Source: Opitutales bacterium UBA2995
GTDB lineage: Bacteria > Verrucomicrobiota > Verrucomicrobiia > Opitutales > UBA2995
Reading direction: 5' to 3'
Assembly (NCBI GenBank): GCA_002346535.1
Contig: DDZZ01000009.1
Location: forward strand, 6,891 to 70,890
Length of the DNA: 64,000 nt
Of this stretch, positions 46,956 through 56,023 are shown one piece after another (the stretch's first letter is position 1; each line of letters begins with the position of its first letter). A program made the translations under genes and the position numbers. The notes beneath the pieces are model-generated. The model made no database searches. It saw only the letters and a list, made by a program, of their open reading frames with translations, and had not been told where the DNA came from.

Positions 46956-49223
46956 ATGAAATTGCATATGCGTTATCTAAGATTCCCTATTTGTGCTCTA
47001 ATTGTCCTATTGTCAGCTGGCCAATCTTACGGAGCATCCGGCTGGTTGGGTTGGCGTGGTCCCGACCAAAACGGAAATTCACCTTACAAGGTTTCCTTGC
47101 CGGACTCGCTTGACTTGGAAGGAAAAGAGCACCGCTGGACCTATCCTGTGCGGGGTGCAGGAACGCCAGTGGCATCTGATGGCCGGATTTATGCCTTTGG
47201 GTTTTATGGAGAAATTGAAAATGTCATAGAAACTTTGATTTGCCTGGACGCTGAAACGGGTGAAAAAATTTGGGAACACAAATTTGCCGATTACATCAGT
47301 GACATTATTTATAACCGCTATGGGATCGGCGCCCCCGTCGTGGATGCGGAAACCGGTAACATTTACCTTCAATCCACCAATGGCCTCGTCCTCGCGCTTT
47401 CGCCGGAGGGTGAACTACTTTGGGAGGTTTCCACTTTGGAAGATTACGGCCGCCTTACATTCCCCAACGGACGGACCGGTGCACCGGCAGTGGATGGCGA
47501 TATCGTGGTGATCCATTGCATCACCGCCAACTGGGGAAGCAACGGTCCGGCCCGAAACCGATTTTACGGATTCGATAAACACACTGGTGATCTGGTTTGG
47601 ACTAGTACTCCCGGTGTTACTCCAATCGATTCCTCTTTCTCTACCCCTGTGTTTGGGGATCTGGGTGACCAACGAGTATTTTATGCCGGAACCGGTTGCG
47701 GTAATGTGGTGTGCGTGAATGCGCGGACTGGTGAGTCTGTTTGGCGATTCCAATTGGCCGTAGGAGGTGTCAATTCCAGTATGATCCTGGTCGGCGATGA
47801 CCTTATCGCGGTCCATGGTAAGGAAAATGTGGATACGACAGAAAAGGGACGTCTCGTGCGTCTGGATATTCCGACCGAATATCCCACCGGTGAATTGCCT
47901 ATTGTCTTGGGTGAAGAAGCTGAAATGTGGCGCAACGATGAGCACGTGGCCTTCACCAGTTCTCCTGTTTTGGTGGGTGACCGCGTTTACACGACCATCG
48001 CTATGGGTAGTCTTTTGGCTGTCGATTTAGATTCTGGCGAAACCGTTTGGGAAGAAAAGCTGGCTCCGGACCAGTTGCATGCATCTCCTGGATATGCAGA
48101 TGGCAAGTTTTACGTCCCAATGTTTGATGGGGTAGCCTACGTGTTGAAAGACAAGGGGGATTCCGCCGATGTTCTTGGGCACTATGAGATGGGAGCAAAT
48201 TGCCTTGGAGCGCCTGCTTTCTATAATAACCGGGTATACGTGTTTACCAAGCAAGGCCTTCATTGTTTTGGAGATGAGAAACTAAAGAAAGTAAAGTACC
48301 CGACACCGGCCAAAGCAAAAAAACCGGGTAAAATTTCCCAGATCCAACTGGTTCCTTCTGAATTCGTTCTCGGCCCGGATGATGAGCAAGTCTTTAAGGT
48401 TTACGGGTTGGACGCCAGCGGATTCCGGGTGAAGGAAGTGACCAATAATGCTTCTCTGACGAACTGGAATCCGCTTACGGCGACCCGAACTTCCCAGGTC
48501 GATGCCACTATAAGCGGTAACAGGCTTAGCACTGGTCGAAGCGCTGGTATTTCGACGGGCAACCTCCTGGCCTCTTACAATGGCATGACGAGTATCAGTC
48601 GTGGCAGGGTGGTAGCTGGTGTGGGTTTTATTGAAGACTTTGAATCTATGACCTTGTCCCTTAAGGACAAAGACGGAGTACCAGTTTCTCCTCCACCTGG
48701 AACCTGGTTGGGAGCTGGTCCAAAATGGCATGTCATGGAGCGGGGTGGTAACAAGGTCGTAGCCTTCCGATTGGAACGATTGCTGTGGCAGCGTTCGATG
48801 AACTTTATCGGCAAATCGGATATGTGTGAATACACTTTGGAGGCCGATGTCATGACTGATGGAACTCGAAGAGTGCTTTCAACTGTGGGACTGGTGAACC
48901 AGCGCTATCTGATAGCACTTTCGGGCAATCAGCGACTGTTGGAGGTTTCCAGCAATCACGAACGCCTGAAAGAATCGGTTCGTTTTCCCATAAAAGCCAA
49001 TACTTGGTACCGCCTCAAAACCCGAGTGGATTCCAATAAGGATGGTAGCGGCGTGATTCGTGCCAAAGCCTGGGAGAAAGGATCTGATGAACCGGAGGCC
49101 TGGACTATTGAGGTTGAACAACTAGAAATACACTCCCGTGGCGCCCCTGGCGTTTTCGCATTTGCCCCGCAAAGTTTGAAACGAGTCTTTATCGATAACC
49201 TATCCATTTCCGAAAACAATTAA
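46956..49223 (+). CDS. PQQ-like (BamB-type) beta-propeller repeat protein with a C-terminal beta-sandwich-like domain, secreted
   Basis: WLGWRGPDQNGNS; repeated A-x-D-x-x-T-G-E-x-x-W units (LDAETGEKIWE, VNARTGESVWR, VDLDSGETVWE). Confidence 0.85.
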   Translation: MKLHMRYLRFPICALIVLLSAGQSYGASGWLGWRGPDQNGNSPYKVSLPDSLDLEGKEHRWTYPVRGAGTPVASDGRIYAFGFYGEIENVIETLICLDAETGEKIWEHKFADYISDIIYNRYGIGAPVVDAETGNIYLQSTNGLVLALSPEGELLWEVSTLEDYGRLTFPNGRTGAPAVDGDIVVIHCITANWGSNGPARNRFYGFDKHTGDLVWTSTPGVTPIDSSFSTPVFGDLGDQRVFYAGTGCGNVVCVNARTGESVWRFQLAVGGVNSSMILVGDDLIAVHGKENVDTTEKGRLVRLDIPTEYPTGELPIVLGEEAEMWRNDEHVAFTSSPVLVGDRVYTTIAMGSLLAVDLDSGETVWEEKLAPDQLHASPGYADGKFYVPMFDGVAYVLKDKGDSADVLGHYEMGANCLGAPAFYNNRVYVFTKQGLHCFGDEKLKKVKYPTPAKAKKPGKISQIQLVPSEFVLGPDDEQVFKVYGLDASGFRVKEVTNNASLTNWNPLTATRTSQVDATISGNRLSTGRSAGISTGNLLASYNGMTSISRGRVVAGVGFIEDFESMTLSLKDKDGVPVSPPPGTWLGAGPKWHVMERGGNKVVAFRLERLLWQRSMNFIGKSDMCEYTLEADVMTDGTRRVLSTVGLVNQRYLIALSGNQRLLEVSSNHERLKESVRFPIKANTWYRLKTRVDSNKDGSGVIRAKAWEKGSDEPEAWTIEVEQLEIHSRGAPGVFAFAPQSLKRVFIDNLSISENN

Positions 49224-49235
49224 CTGACACTGACC

Positions 49236-50765
49236 ATGATTTTTCAGAAAAAATATCTCCTGTCCCTTGCATTAATTTTTCCCGCCGTCCTTCAGGCCGG
49301 TGACTGGCCGACCTGGGGTCGCAGTGCCGATCGCAATATGGTTGGAGAAGCGAACGAACTTCCCACAGAAATTGAGAGTGGCGACTACTTGCCGAAGAGC
49401 GAAGAAATCAACATGGAAACCACCAAGGGCGTTAAATGGGTCGCCAAGTTGGGATCACAGACCTACGGATCCCCTGTTGTTTCGGGCGGTAAGGTATATG
49501 TAGGTACGAACAACGAGTCGCCTAGGAACGCTTCTCAAAAAGGCGATCGTGGAGTCCTCATGTGCTTTGATGAAAAAACAGGAGAATTTCTCTGGCAACT
49601 TCTGATCCCAAAACTGGGAGCTGGCAAGGTGAGTGACTGGGAGTTTGTCGGTTTGTGCTCCTCTCCGGCTATTGAAGGTGACCGGGGATGGGTAGTCACC
49701 AATCGTGGCGAAGTGCTTTGCTTCGACGTCGAGGGGTTGGCTAATGGCAACGATGGCGATTACCAGGATGAAGCCAGCTTTTTTTCCATTACTCCAGATG
49801 GAAAAGTTGAGCTCTCAGACAAGGATGCGGATATTCTTTGGGTTGTGGACGCACGGGAAGAGCTCGGCGTATTTCCGCACAACGTTTCCAGTTGTTCTCC
49901 CTTGATCTATGGAGACAAGATTTTTGCTGCTACTTCTAATGGTGTGGACTGGTCCCACAAAAATATTCCTGCGCCGTTTTCGCCTGCATTGGTTGTCATG
50001 GATAAAAACACAGGCGAACTTCTTGGTGAAGAAGTGTCGGGTGTATCCGAAAGAGTCCTACACGCAAGTTGGAGTACCCCGGCGATCGGAGACATTAACG
50101 GGAAGCCAACGGTTGTCTGGGGTGGAGGAGACGGTTGGTGCTACGGTTATGAAGTGGAACCGGTCATGCATGAGGAAGGTTTTCCTGCATTGAAAGAGCT
50201 GTTTCGCTATGATGCCAATCCTTCCCATTATCGGACCAAGGACGGAGAGTCTATCAAGTATGCCACTTATGAAGGCGCGAGTGAAATCATTGCTACGACA
50301 GTATTGTACGACAACAAGGCTTACATGGTGATTGGTCAGGATCCTGAACACGGTGACGGGGTTGGAATGGTTAGTTGCATAGATCCATCGATGGAAGGTG
50401 ATATTTCGGGTAAAGCCATTTGGACGAACAAAGAGGTTGGCCGATCTATTTCTACTGCGAGCATCAAAGATGGTCTCATTTATCAGGCCGAGTATAACGG
50501 CGATATCCATTGCCTGGATGCTGAAACGGGTGAGTCCTTGTGGGTGCATGCGACCAACAGTCGCATCTGGTCATCTACGCTGGTTGCTGACGGAATGGTC
50601 TTCATTGGCAATGAAGACGGGGAACTGGTAATTTTAAAAGAAGGCCGCGAAAAGGAGCTTATTTCCTTGGTCGATTTTTATACTCCTATCTACTGTAGCC
50701 CCATCGCTGCGAACGACACACTATATGTTACTACTCAAACCCATCTTTACGCTTTAGGCGAATAG
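49236..50765 (+). CDS. PQQ-like beta-propeller repeat protein, secreted
   Basis: GDWPTWGRSADRNMV; FDEKTGEFLWQ; LDAETGESLWV. 12 nt after the previous gene. Confidence 0.85.
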   Translation: MIFQKKYLLSLALIFPAVLQAGDWPTWGRSADRNMVGEANELPTEIESGDYLPKSEEINMETTKGVKWVAKLGSQTYGSPVVSGGKVYVGTNNESPRNASQKGDRGVLMCFDEKTGEFLWQLLIPKLGAGKVSDWEFVGLCSSPAIEGDRGWVVTNRGEVLCFDVEGLANGNDGDYQDEASFFSITPDGKVELSDKDADILWVVDAREELGVFPHNVSSCSPLIYGDKIFAATSNGVDWSHKNIPAPFSPALVVMDKNTGELLGEEVSGVSERVLHASWSTPAIGDINGKPTVVWGGGDGWCYGYEVEPVMHEEGFPALKELFRYDANPSHYRTKDGESIKYATYEGASEIIATTVLYDNKAYMVIGQDPEHGDGVGMVSCIDPSMEGDISGKAIWTNKEVGRSISTASIKDGLIYQAEYNGDIHCLDAETGESLWVHATNSRIWSSTLVADGMVFIGNEDGELVILKEGREKELISLVDFYTPIYCSPIAANDTLYVTTQTHLYALGE

Positions 50766-50805
50766 GATTGGGCATCTCTCTAACTAACCCTCTTTCCGAA
50801 ATTCT

Positions 50806-51021
50806 ATGTCCAATAAATTGTTAATTTTTCTATTCCTGATAGTACTATTATTCCTACATCAGGATTTTTGGTTCAAAGACGATCCATCACTCGTCTTTGG
50901 ATTTTTACCAGTCACATTGGCCTACCATATGGTTTTTACCGTTGTTGCCGCCATCGGTTGGTTGATGGTTGTAAAATTTGCCTGGCCAAAAGGCCTGGAT
51001 GAGGAAGGCGGCGACTCATGA
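50806..51021 (+). CDS. small two-TM membrane protein (DUF3311-like), accessory to the following symporter
   Basis: 71 aa, two hydrophobic helices, with a stop/start ATGA overlap with the SSS gene. Confidence 0.7.
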   Translation: MSNKLLIFLFLIVLLFLHQDFWFKDDPSLVFGFLPVTLAYHMVFTVVAAIGWLMVVKFAWPKGLDEEGGDS

Positions 51022-52541
51022 ATGCTGGAACAACTGTAGTTGTAATAGTCGCGGTGTACCTGACCTTGCTTATCGGCTTGGGTGTACTGAGTAGTATGAA
51101 ATTCAGAGGAGGCGCGGCCGATTATTTTGTAGCCAGCCGTTCCATCGGACCCTTCATACTGTTTATGACAGTTTTTGGTACTACTATGACGGCTTTTGCC
51201 ATGGTTGGTAGTACTGCAGAATCCTTTGAAAAAGGCGTTGGTACTTATGGCAAACTGGCGTCGGCTTCAGCGCTGGTGCATTCGGCCTCCTTCTTTCTGA
51301 TTGGATTGCGTTTGTGGGCTCTGGGAAAAAAACACGGGTACATGACCCAGATTGAATTCTTTAGGGATCGGTTTGAAAGCCGATGTATGGGATACCTGTT
51401 ATTTCCTATCCTGACCGGATTGCTTATCCCCTATTTGCTGGTGGGTTTATTGGGTTCCGGATCATTTATGGCTGGGGTCACTCGCGGAGCATTTCCGGAA
51501 GCTTTTGCTTCGACAGGTGGTAGTGTTCCTCCCTGGTTAACCTCCTTGATTATTTCTGGAGTTGTTCTCTCCTACATTTTCATGGGGGGAGTCCGCTCGG
51601 CTGCCTGGGCGAATACCTTTCAAACTTTAGTATTTATGGCCATGGCTCTACTCGCCTTTGTCATTATATCAGTAAGTCTGGGAGGATTTTCCGCGGCATC
51701 GGCCATGGCAGATCCGGCGAAAGCCATTCGTGTGGGCAATATATCCGAACTCTCCTTTTTTACCTACCTGCTGATTCCGCTCTCGGTGGGAATGTTCCCT
51801 CACCTCTTTCAGAACTGCCTAACCGCCAAATCAGCCAAGAATTTTAAATTCATGCTGATTGCCCACCCGTTAGGAATCATGGTCACTTGGATTCCTTGTA
51901 TTTTGATCGGATTTTGGGCAACCGGCGCATTGATGCCCGGCACTGAGGATCCAATAGTTCCCCATTCAGCTCCGGCCAACGCTGTTTTGGGATTGATGGT
52001 AGGTAAACTGGCTACCCCCATTCTTTCGGGATTTGTCGCTGCAGGAGTACTGGCCGCCATTATGTCCTCACTCGATTCCCAGTTTGTATCGCTTGGAACC
52101 ATGTTCACCCGGGACATTGTGGTTCATTCTTTCGGTAAGGATCGTTTCAATGATACGACCATGGTGTGGTTGGCTCGAGGATTTATATCTTTTATGGTCT
52201 TGATTACCTTTTTGTTTTCACTTGCCGAACCTCGGCAGGTATTCACATTGGGCGTGTGGTGCTTTAGTGGATACGCTAGTCTTTTCCCATTGGTATTCGC
52301 TGCAATTTACTGGAAACGAGTTACCAAGGCCGGAGCTTACGCAGCTATCTTTTCAACTGCCGTGGTTTGGTTCTTACTCTTTAGAGCTTCCGGATATGGA
52401 GCTAATGGCGATTATTTGCTCTCTGGAATGATGCCGGTTACCGGTATGTTTGCGACCTGTATCTTGGTCTTAGTTGTTGTTTCGCTGATGACCAAATCAC
52501 CCTCCAACGATACCCTCGAAAAATTCTTTCCTTCCAAATAA
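51018..52541 (+). CDS. sodium:solute symporter (SSS) family transporter
   Basis: 507 aa, multi-TM, DYFVASRSIGPFILFMTVFGTTMTAFAMVG. Confidence 0.85.
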   Translation: MNAGTTVVVIVAVYLTLLIGLGVLSSMKFRGGAADYFVASRSIGPFILFMTVFGTTMTAFAMVGSTAESFEKGVGTYGKLASASALVHSASFFLIGLRLWALGKKHGYMTQIEFFRDRFESRCMGYLLFPILTGLLIPYLLVGLLGSGSFMAGVTRGAFPEAFASTGGSVPPWLTSLIISGVVLSYIFMGGVRSAAWANTFQTLVFMAMALLAFVIISVSLGGFSAASAMADPAKAIRVGNISELSFFTYLLIPLSVGMFPHLFQNCLTAKSAKNFKFMLIAHPLGIMVTWIPCILIGFWATGALMPGTEDPIVPHSAPANAVLGLMVGKLATPILSGFVAAGVLAAIMSSLDSQFVSLGTMFTRDIVVHSFGKDRFNDTTMVWLARGFISFMVLITFLFSLAEPRQVFTLGVWCFSGYASLFPLVFAAIYWKRVTKAGAYAAIFSTAVVWFLLFRASGYGANGDYLLSGMMPVTGMFATCILVLVVVSLMTKSPSNDTLEKFFPSK

Positions 52542-52544
52542 ACA

Positions 52545-53618
52545 ATGAGTTCTACGAATGATATTAATGGCGCTAATGAGGCGCGGGATGCCCGTGTAAG
52601 GGAAATTGTCAACTGGCACTTTTCTCCAGAGACCGGTTGCGATTATTGGCTCGATTGGGCCAGTAAAGCGGATTGGAATCCGGTCGAGGAAGTGAAATTC
52701 TTTGCGGATATCCTTAAGTTTGATCACTTTGATGATGAGACCTTGCGGAAAGAAATGCCGGAGCGATTTATCCCCAAGGCATACAATGGTCGGCCGTACA
52801 ACGTGTTTGAAACCGGTGGCACCACTGGAATGCCCAAACAGCGTGTAGGTTGGGACGATTACAAACATGATTATGAGGAATTCAGCGACCATTACGGCGA
52901 TGATTTTTTCCCAAAAGGAGCCAATTGGTTGATGGTAGGTCCCACTGGTCCAAGGCGGTTACGTTTGGCTATAGAACACCTGGCTGCTCACCGGGGAGGC
53001 TCTTGTTATTTTATCGATCTGGATCCACGTTGGGTGAAACGCCTGATCAAAAACGGTGAAGTTGGCCAGGCCAAGGCGTACCAGGAACACGTGGTTGATC
53101 AGGCTTCCGCGATTCTCCGCCACCGCAACATACAATGCTTGTTTACGACGCCCAAATTACTTGAAAGTCTGGCAGAGCGTATGTCGCTTGTAAAAGCTGG
53201 GATCAAGGGTGTTTTTGCAGGAGGCACCACCATGACTCCGCAGTATGTGAGGTTCATAAACGAGGAGGTTCTGGAAGGTCAGATCAATTTTGCGCCCACC
53301 TACGGCAATACACTGATGGGATTAGCCATCAGTAAGAAACTGACTCTGGAAGACAACTACAGTCTTACTTATTACGCACCCGAACCCCGTGCCGTGCTTC
53401 GAGTGGTCAATCCGGTTAATCCCGACGAACTCGTCGATTATGGAGAATACGGCCGCGTGGAACTGACAACCCTTACCAAGGAATTTTTTGTTCCAAGGTT
53501 TCTCGAAAGAGATGAAGCGATTCGTCGCCCTCCGTGTGATGAATTTGCCTGGGATGGAGTTGGCGACGTTCGCCCATTCCAGTCAGGCTCTAAAGCCGTA
53601 GTCGAGGGCGTATATTGA
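52545..53618 (+). CDS. short PaaK / coenzyme-F390-synthetase-like adenylate-forming enzyme
   Basis: FETGGTTGMPK (P-loop equivalent of SSGTTGKP), TTPKLLESLAE, YGNTLMG, GRVELTTLTKEFFVPRFLERDEA (compare GELV.T.LTKEA.P.IRYRT.D). Only 357 aa. Confidence 0.7.
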   Translation: MSSTNDINGANEARDARVREIVNWHFSPETGCDYWLDWASKADWNPVEEVKFFADILKFDHFDDETLRKEMPERFIPKAYNGRPYNVFETGGTTGMPKQRVGWDDYKHDYEEFSDHYGDDFFPKGANWLMVGPTGPRRLRLAIEHLAAHRGGSCYFIDLDPRWVKRLIKNGEVGQAKAYQEHVVDQASAILRHRNIQCLFTTPKLLESLAERMSLVKAGIKGVFAGGTTMTPQYVRFINEEVLEGQINFAPTYGNTLMGLAISKKLTLEDNYSLTYYAPEPRAVLRVVNPVNPDELVDYGEYGRVELTTLTKEFFVPRFLERDEAIRRPPCDEFAWDGVGDVRPFQSGSKAVVEGVY

Positions 53619-53648
53619 TCGCGGATCAATTACCCTTAAGAAGTTAAC

Positions 53649-54797
53649 ATGGTTGATCCCTTTTCATCCAGGCCCTCTCCGAAACTGATTTTTGGAAACG
53701 GGGTGATCAAGGAGCTACCTGGCGAGATTGTACAGTTGGGTGTTAAATCATTGTTGCTGGTGACCGATCCTGGGTTGGTTAAGGCAGGTCATGTGGAAAA
53801 AACATGTGCGCTTCTTAAAGAAGCAGGCATCGGAGTGCATGTATACGAAAATGTGAGCGAAAACCCGACTGAAAGTGATGCGGAAGACTGTTGTAATTTT
53901 GCAAAAACTAAATCCTTTGACGGGTTTGTAGCTTTGGGAGGCGGAAGCAGTATTGATACTGCCAAAGCCTGTAACTTTTTACTGACCAATGGGGGCCGGA
54001 TGAGCGATTACCATGGCTATGGAAAAGCGAAGAATCCTCTGCTCCCGTTCATGGCCATTCCGACAACAGCCGGAACGGGTAGTGAGTGTCAGTCCTATGC
54101 GTTGGTAAGCCGCGACGGTAGCCATGAAAAAATGGCTTGTGGGGATCCTAAAGCCCTTGCCAGATTGGCTATCCTCGATCCTGAGATTACGAATACTCAG
54201 CCTCGGCCGATTGCTGTCCAGACAGGAATTGATGCTTTAGCCCATGCTCTGGAATCAGCCGTCTCGTCCAAGCGGACAGAACTGTCCTCCATGTATTCAG
54301 AGGCTGCATTCCGCCACATCCTCCGAGCTATTGACGACATTGTAGATTGCAATCCTCAGGGTGATGACCGTGGGCATATGCTCTTGGGAGCGGCTCTCAG
54401 TGGATTGGCAATTGAAAATAGTATGTTGGGTGCTGCTCATGCCTCTGCCAATCCTTTAACAGCACGATACGGTGTAATTCATGGAAGGGCCGTTGCCAAA
54501 ATGTTACCCCATGTAATGCGGTTCAATGAGGGAGTTGAGGGCGCTGCAAGAATATATGAACGTTATTCCGCAATTCTAAAGGAATTTGGCATTAGTTCCA
54601 TGTCTCTCATAGATTGGGTCACTCATCTAACTGGGAGAATGCAGGAAATTGATATTACTGCGGACGATTCCGAAATCCGAGAGCTAGCCTCGGAAGCCAA
54701 AGCTCAGTGGACCGGAGATTTTAATCCAAGGCCCGTGGAAGAGTCTGATTATGTTGAATTGTATCGGGCGGCATTCGCTCTGCCTAAACCAGCTTAA
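53649..54797 (+). CDS. iron-containing (group III) alcohol dehydrogenase
   Basis: ALGGGSSIDTAKA...IPTTAGTGSE...GIDALAHALE...HG. 382 aa. Confidence 0.85.
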   Translation: MVDPFSSRPSPKLIFGNGVIKELPGEIVQLGVKSLLLVTDPGLVKAGHVEKTCALLKEAGIGVHVYENVSENPTESDAEDCCNFAKTKSFDGFVALGGGSSIDTAKACNFLLTNGGRMSDYHGYGKAKNPLLPFMAIPTTAGTGSECQSYALVSRDGSHEKMACGDPKALARLAILDPEITNTQPRPIAVQTGIDALAHALESAVSSKRTELSSMYSEAAFRHILRAIDDIVDCNPQGDDRGHMLLGAALSGLAIENSMLGAAHASANPLTARYGVIHGRAVAKMLPHVMRFNEGVEGAARIYERYSAILKEFGISSMSLIDWVTHLTGRMQEIDITADDSEIRELASEAKAQWTGDFNPRPVEESDYVELYRAAFALPKPA

Positions 54798-54803
54798 AGG
54801 ATA

Positions 54804-56006
54804 ATGACTAAAATAGATACGGGGTTGCTCCTTATCGCAGGATTGACCGCTTCCTTGATTTTACCGGGATGTCTTAATAATGCTTCCCAAACTGAAGTTC
54901 CCGTTGTTGAGGAAGTCTCGAAGCCCGTCTCAACCACTTCCTGGAGTATGTCGCGTGGTGGACCCAATCTATCCGGGAAAATTCCCGAGCCAGTGCCCGA
55001 ATCGATGGAAATCGTTTGGACTTACACGGAGGGTAAATACATTTCCGCCGAGGCGGTGATAACCGAACGTCATGTTTTTGTGGGTACGGAATACGGGGTT
55101 TTTATTTGTTTCGATCGACTTTCGGGAGTGGTTCAATGGACTTTCAAATCCGAAGATGCCATTACCGCTGCCCCGGCTGTCAGTGGAAATTTTGTCTTCA
55201 TACCATCCAACGATGGGAATCTTTATGCTCTAAACGTGGAGACCGGGGAAGAGTTGTGGGAATTCTCCGCCGACGATAAAATAAGCGCCGCTCCCATCGT
55301 GACCACGAATCCCAACGGCGGTGAAGAATGGGTATTGGTAAACGGATACGATGGAATCACCCGCTGCCTAAGCTCAATGGACGGTTCTACTCTTTGGTCC
55401 TACGAAACGGAGGACTTTATCAATGGCGCACCGGCCGTTGTCGATCGCAAGTGGGTGGTATTTGGAGGTTGCGACGCCCAATTGCACGTAGTTAATTTGG
55501 CTGACGGAAACCTGGTCCACAAAATCCCCAATGATTCGCAAATCGTAAATTCAATAGCGACGTATAAGCATATGGCTTTTTCAGGCAACTATGCGAATCA
55601 AGTTGTAGGTTTTGATGTGGAACTGGGAATGATTGCCTGGGTGTATGAGGACAGGAACCTGCCCTTTTTCAGCTCACCTGCTGTCAGCGATAAACTCTTG
55701 TTTATCGGTTCAAGAGATAAACACCTGCATGCTATCAATCAGGAGACAGGTGAGGCTGCCTGGAAATTTCCTACCGGTGCGCGGGTAGAAAGTTCGCCCA
55801 TTGTATTTAACGACGCTGTGGTTGCCGGTTCCAGTGATGGTCGGCTATATGCCTTAAATCTGGACACTGGAGAAGAAATCTGGAGGTTTGATTTAGGTGA
55901 AGGGCTTCTGGCCTCTCCGGCATACGGTTTTGGAACCCTTATCATCAGCGGTGAAGATGGAACTGTTTTTGCTCTTAGAGAGACTGCTGCATCGGCCGTT
56001 CAATAA
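54804..56006 (+). CDS. PQQ-like beta-propeller repeat lipoprotein
   Basis: Lipobox ILPGC; LNVETGEELWE, INQETGEAAWK, LNLDTGEEIWR. Confidence 0.85.
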   Translation: MTKIDTGLLLIAGLTASLILPGCLNNASQTEVPVVEEVSKPVSTTSWSMSRGGPNLSGKIPEPVPESMEIVWTYTEGKYISAEAVITERHVFVGTEYGVFICFDRLSGVVQWTFKSEDAITAAPAVSGNFVFIPSNDGNLYALNVETGEELWEFSADDKISAAPIVTTNPNGGEEWVLVNGYDGITRCLSSMDGSTLWSYETEDFINGAPAVVDRKWVVFGGCDAQLHVVNLADGNLVHKIPNDSQIVNSIATYKHMAFSGNYANQVVGFDVELGMIAWVYEDRNLPFFSSPAVSDKLLFIGSRDKHLHAINQETGEAAWKFPTGARVESSPIVFNDAVVAGSSDGRLYALNLDTGEEIWRFDLGEGLLASPAYGFGTLIISGEDGTVFALRETAASAVQ

Positions 56007-56023
56007 AAGATTCCCCTGAAACC

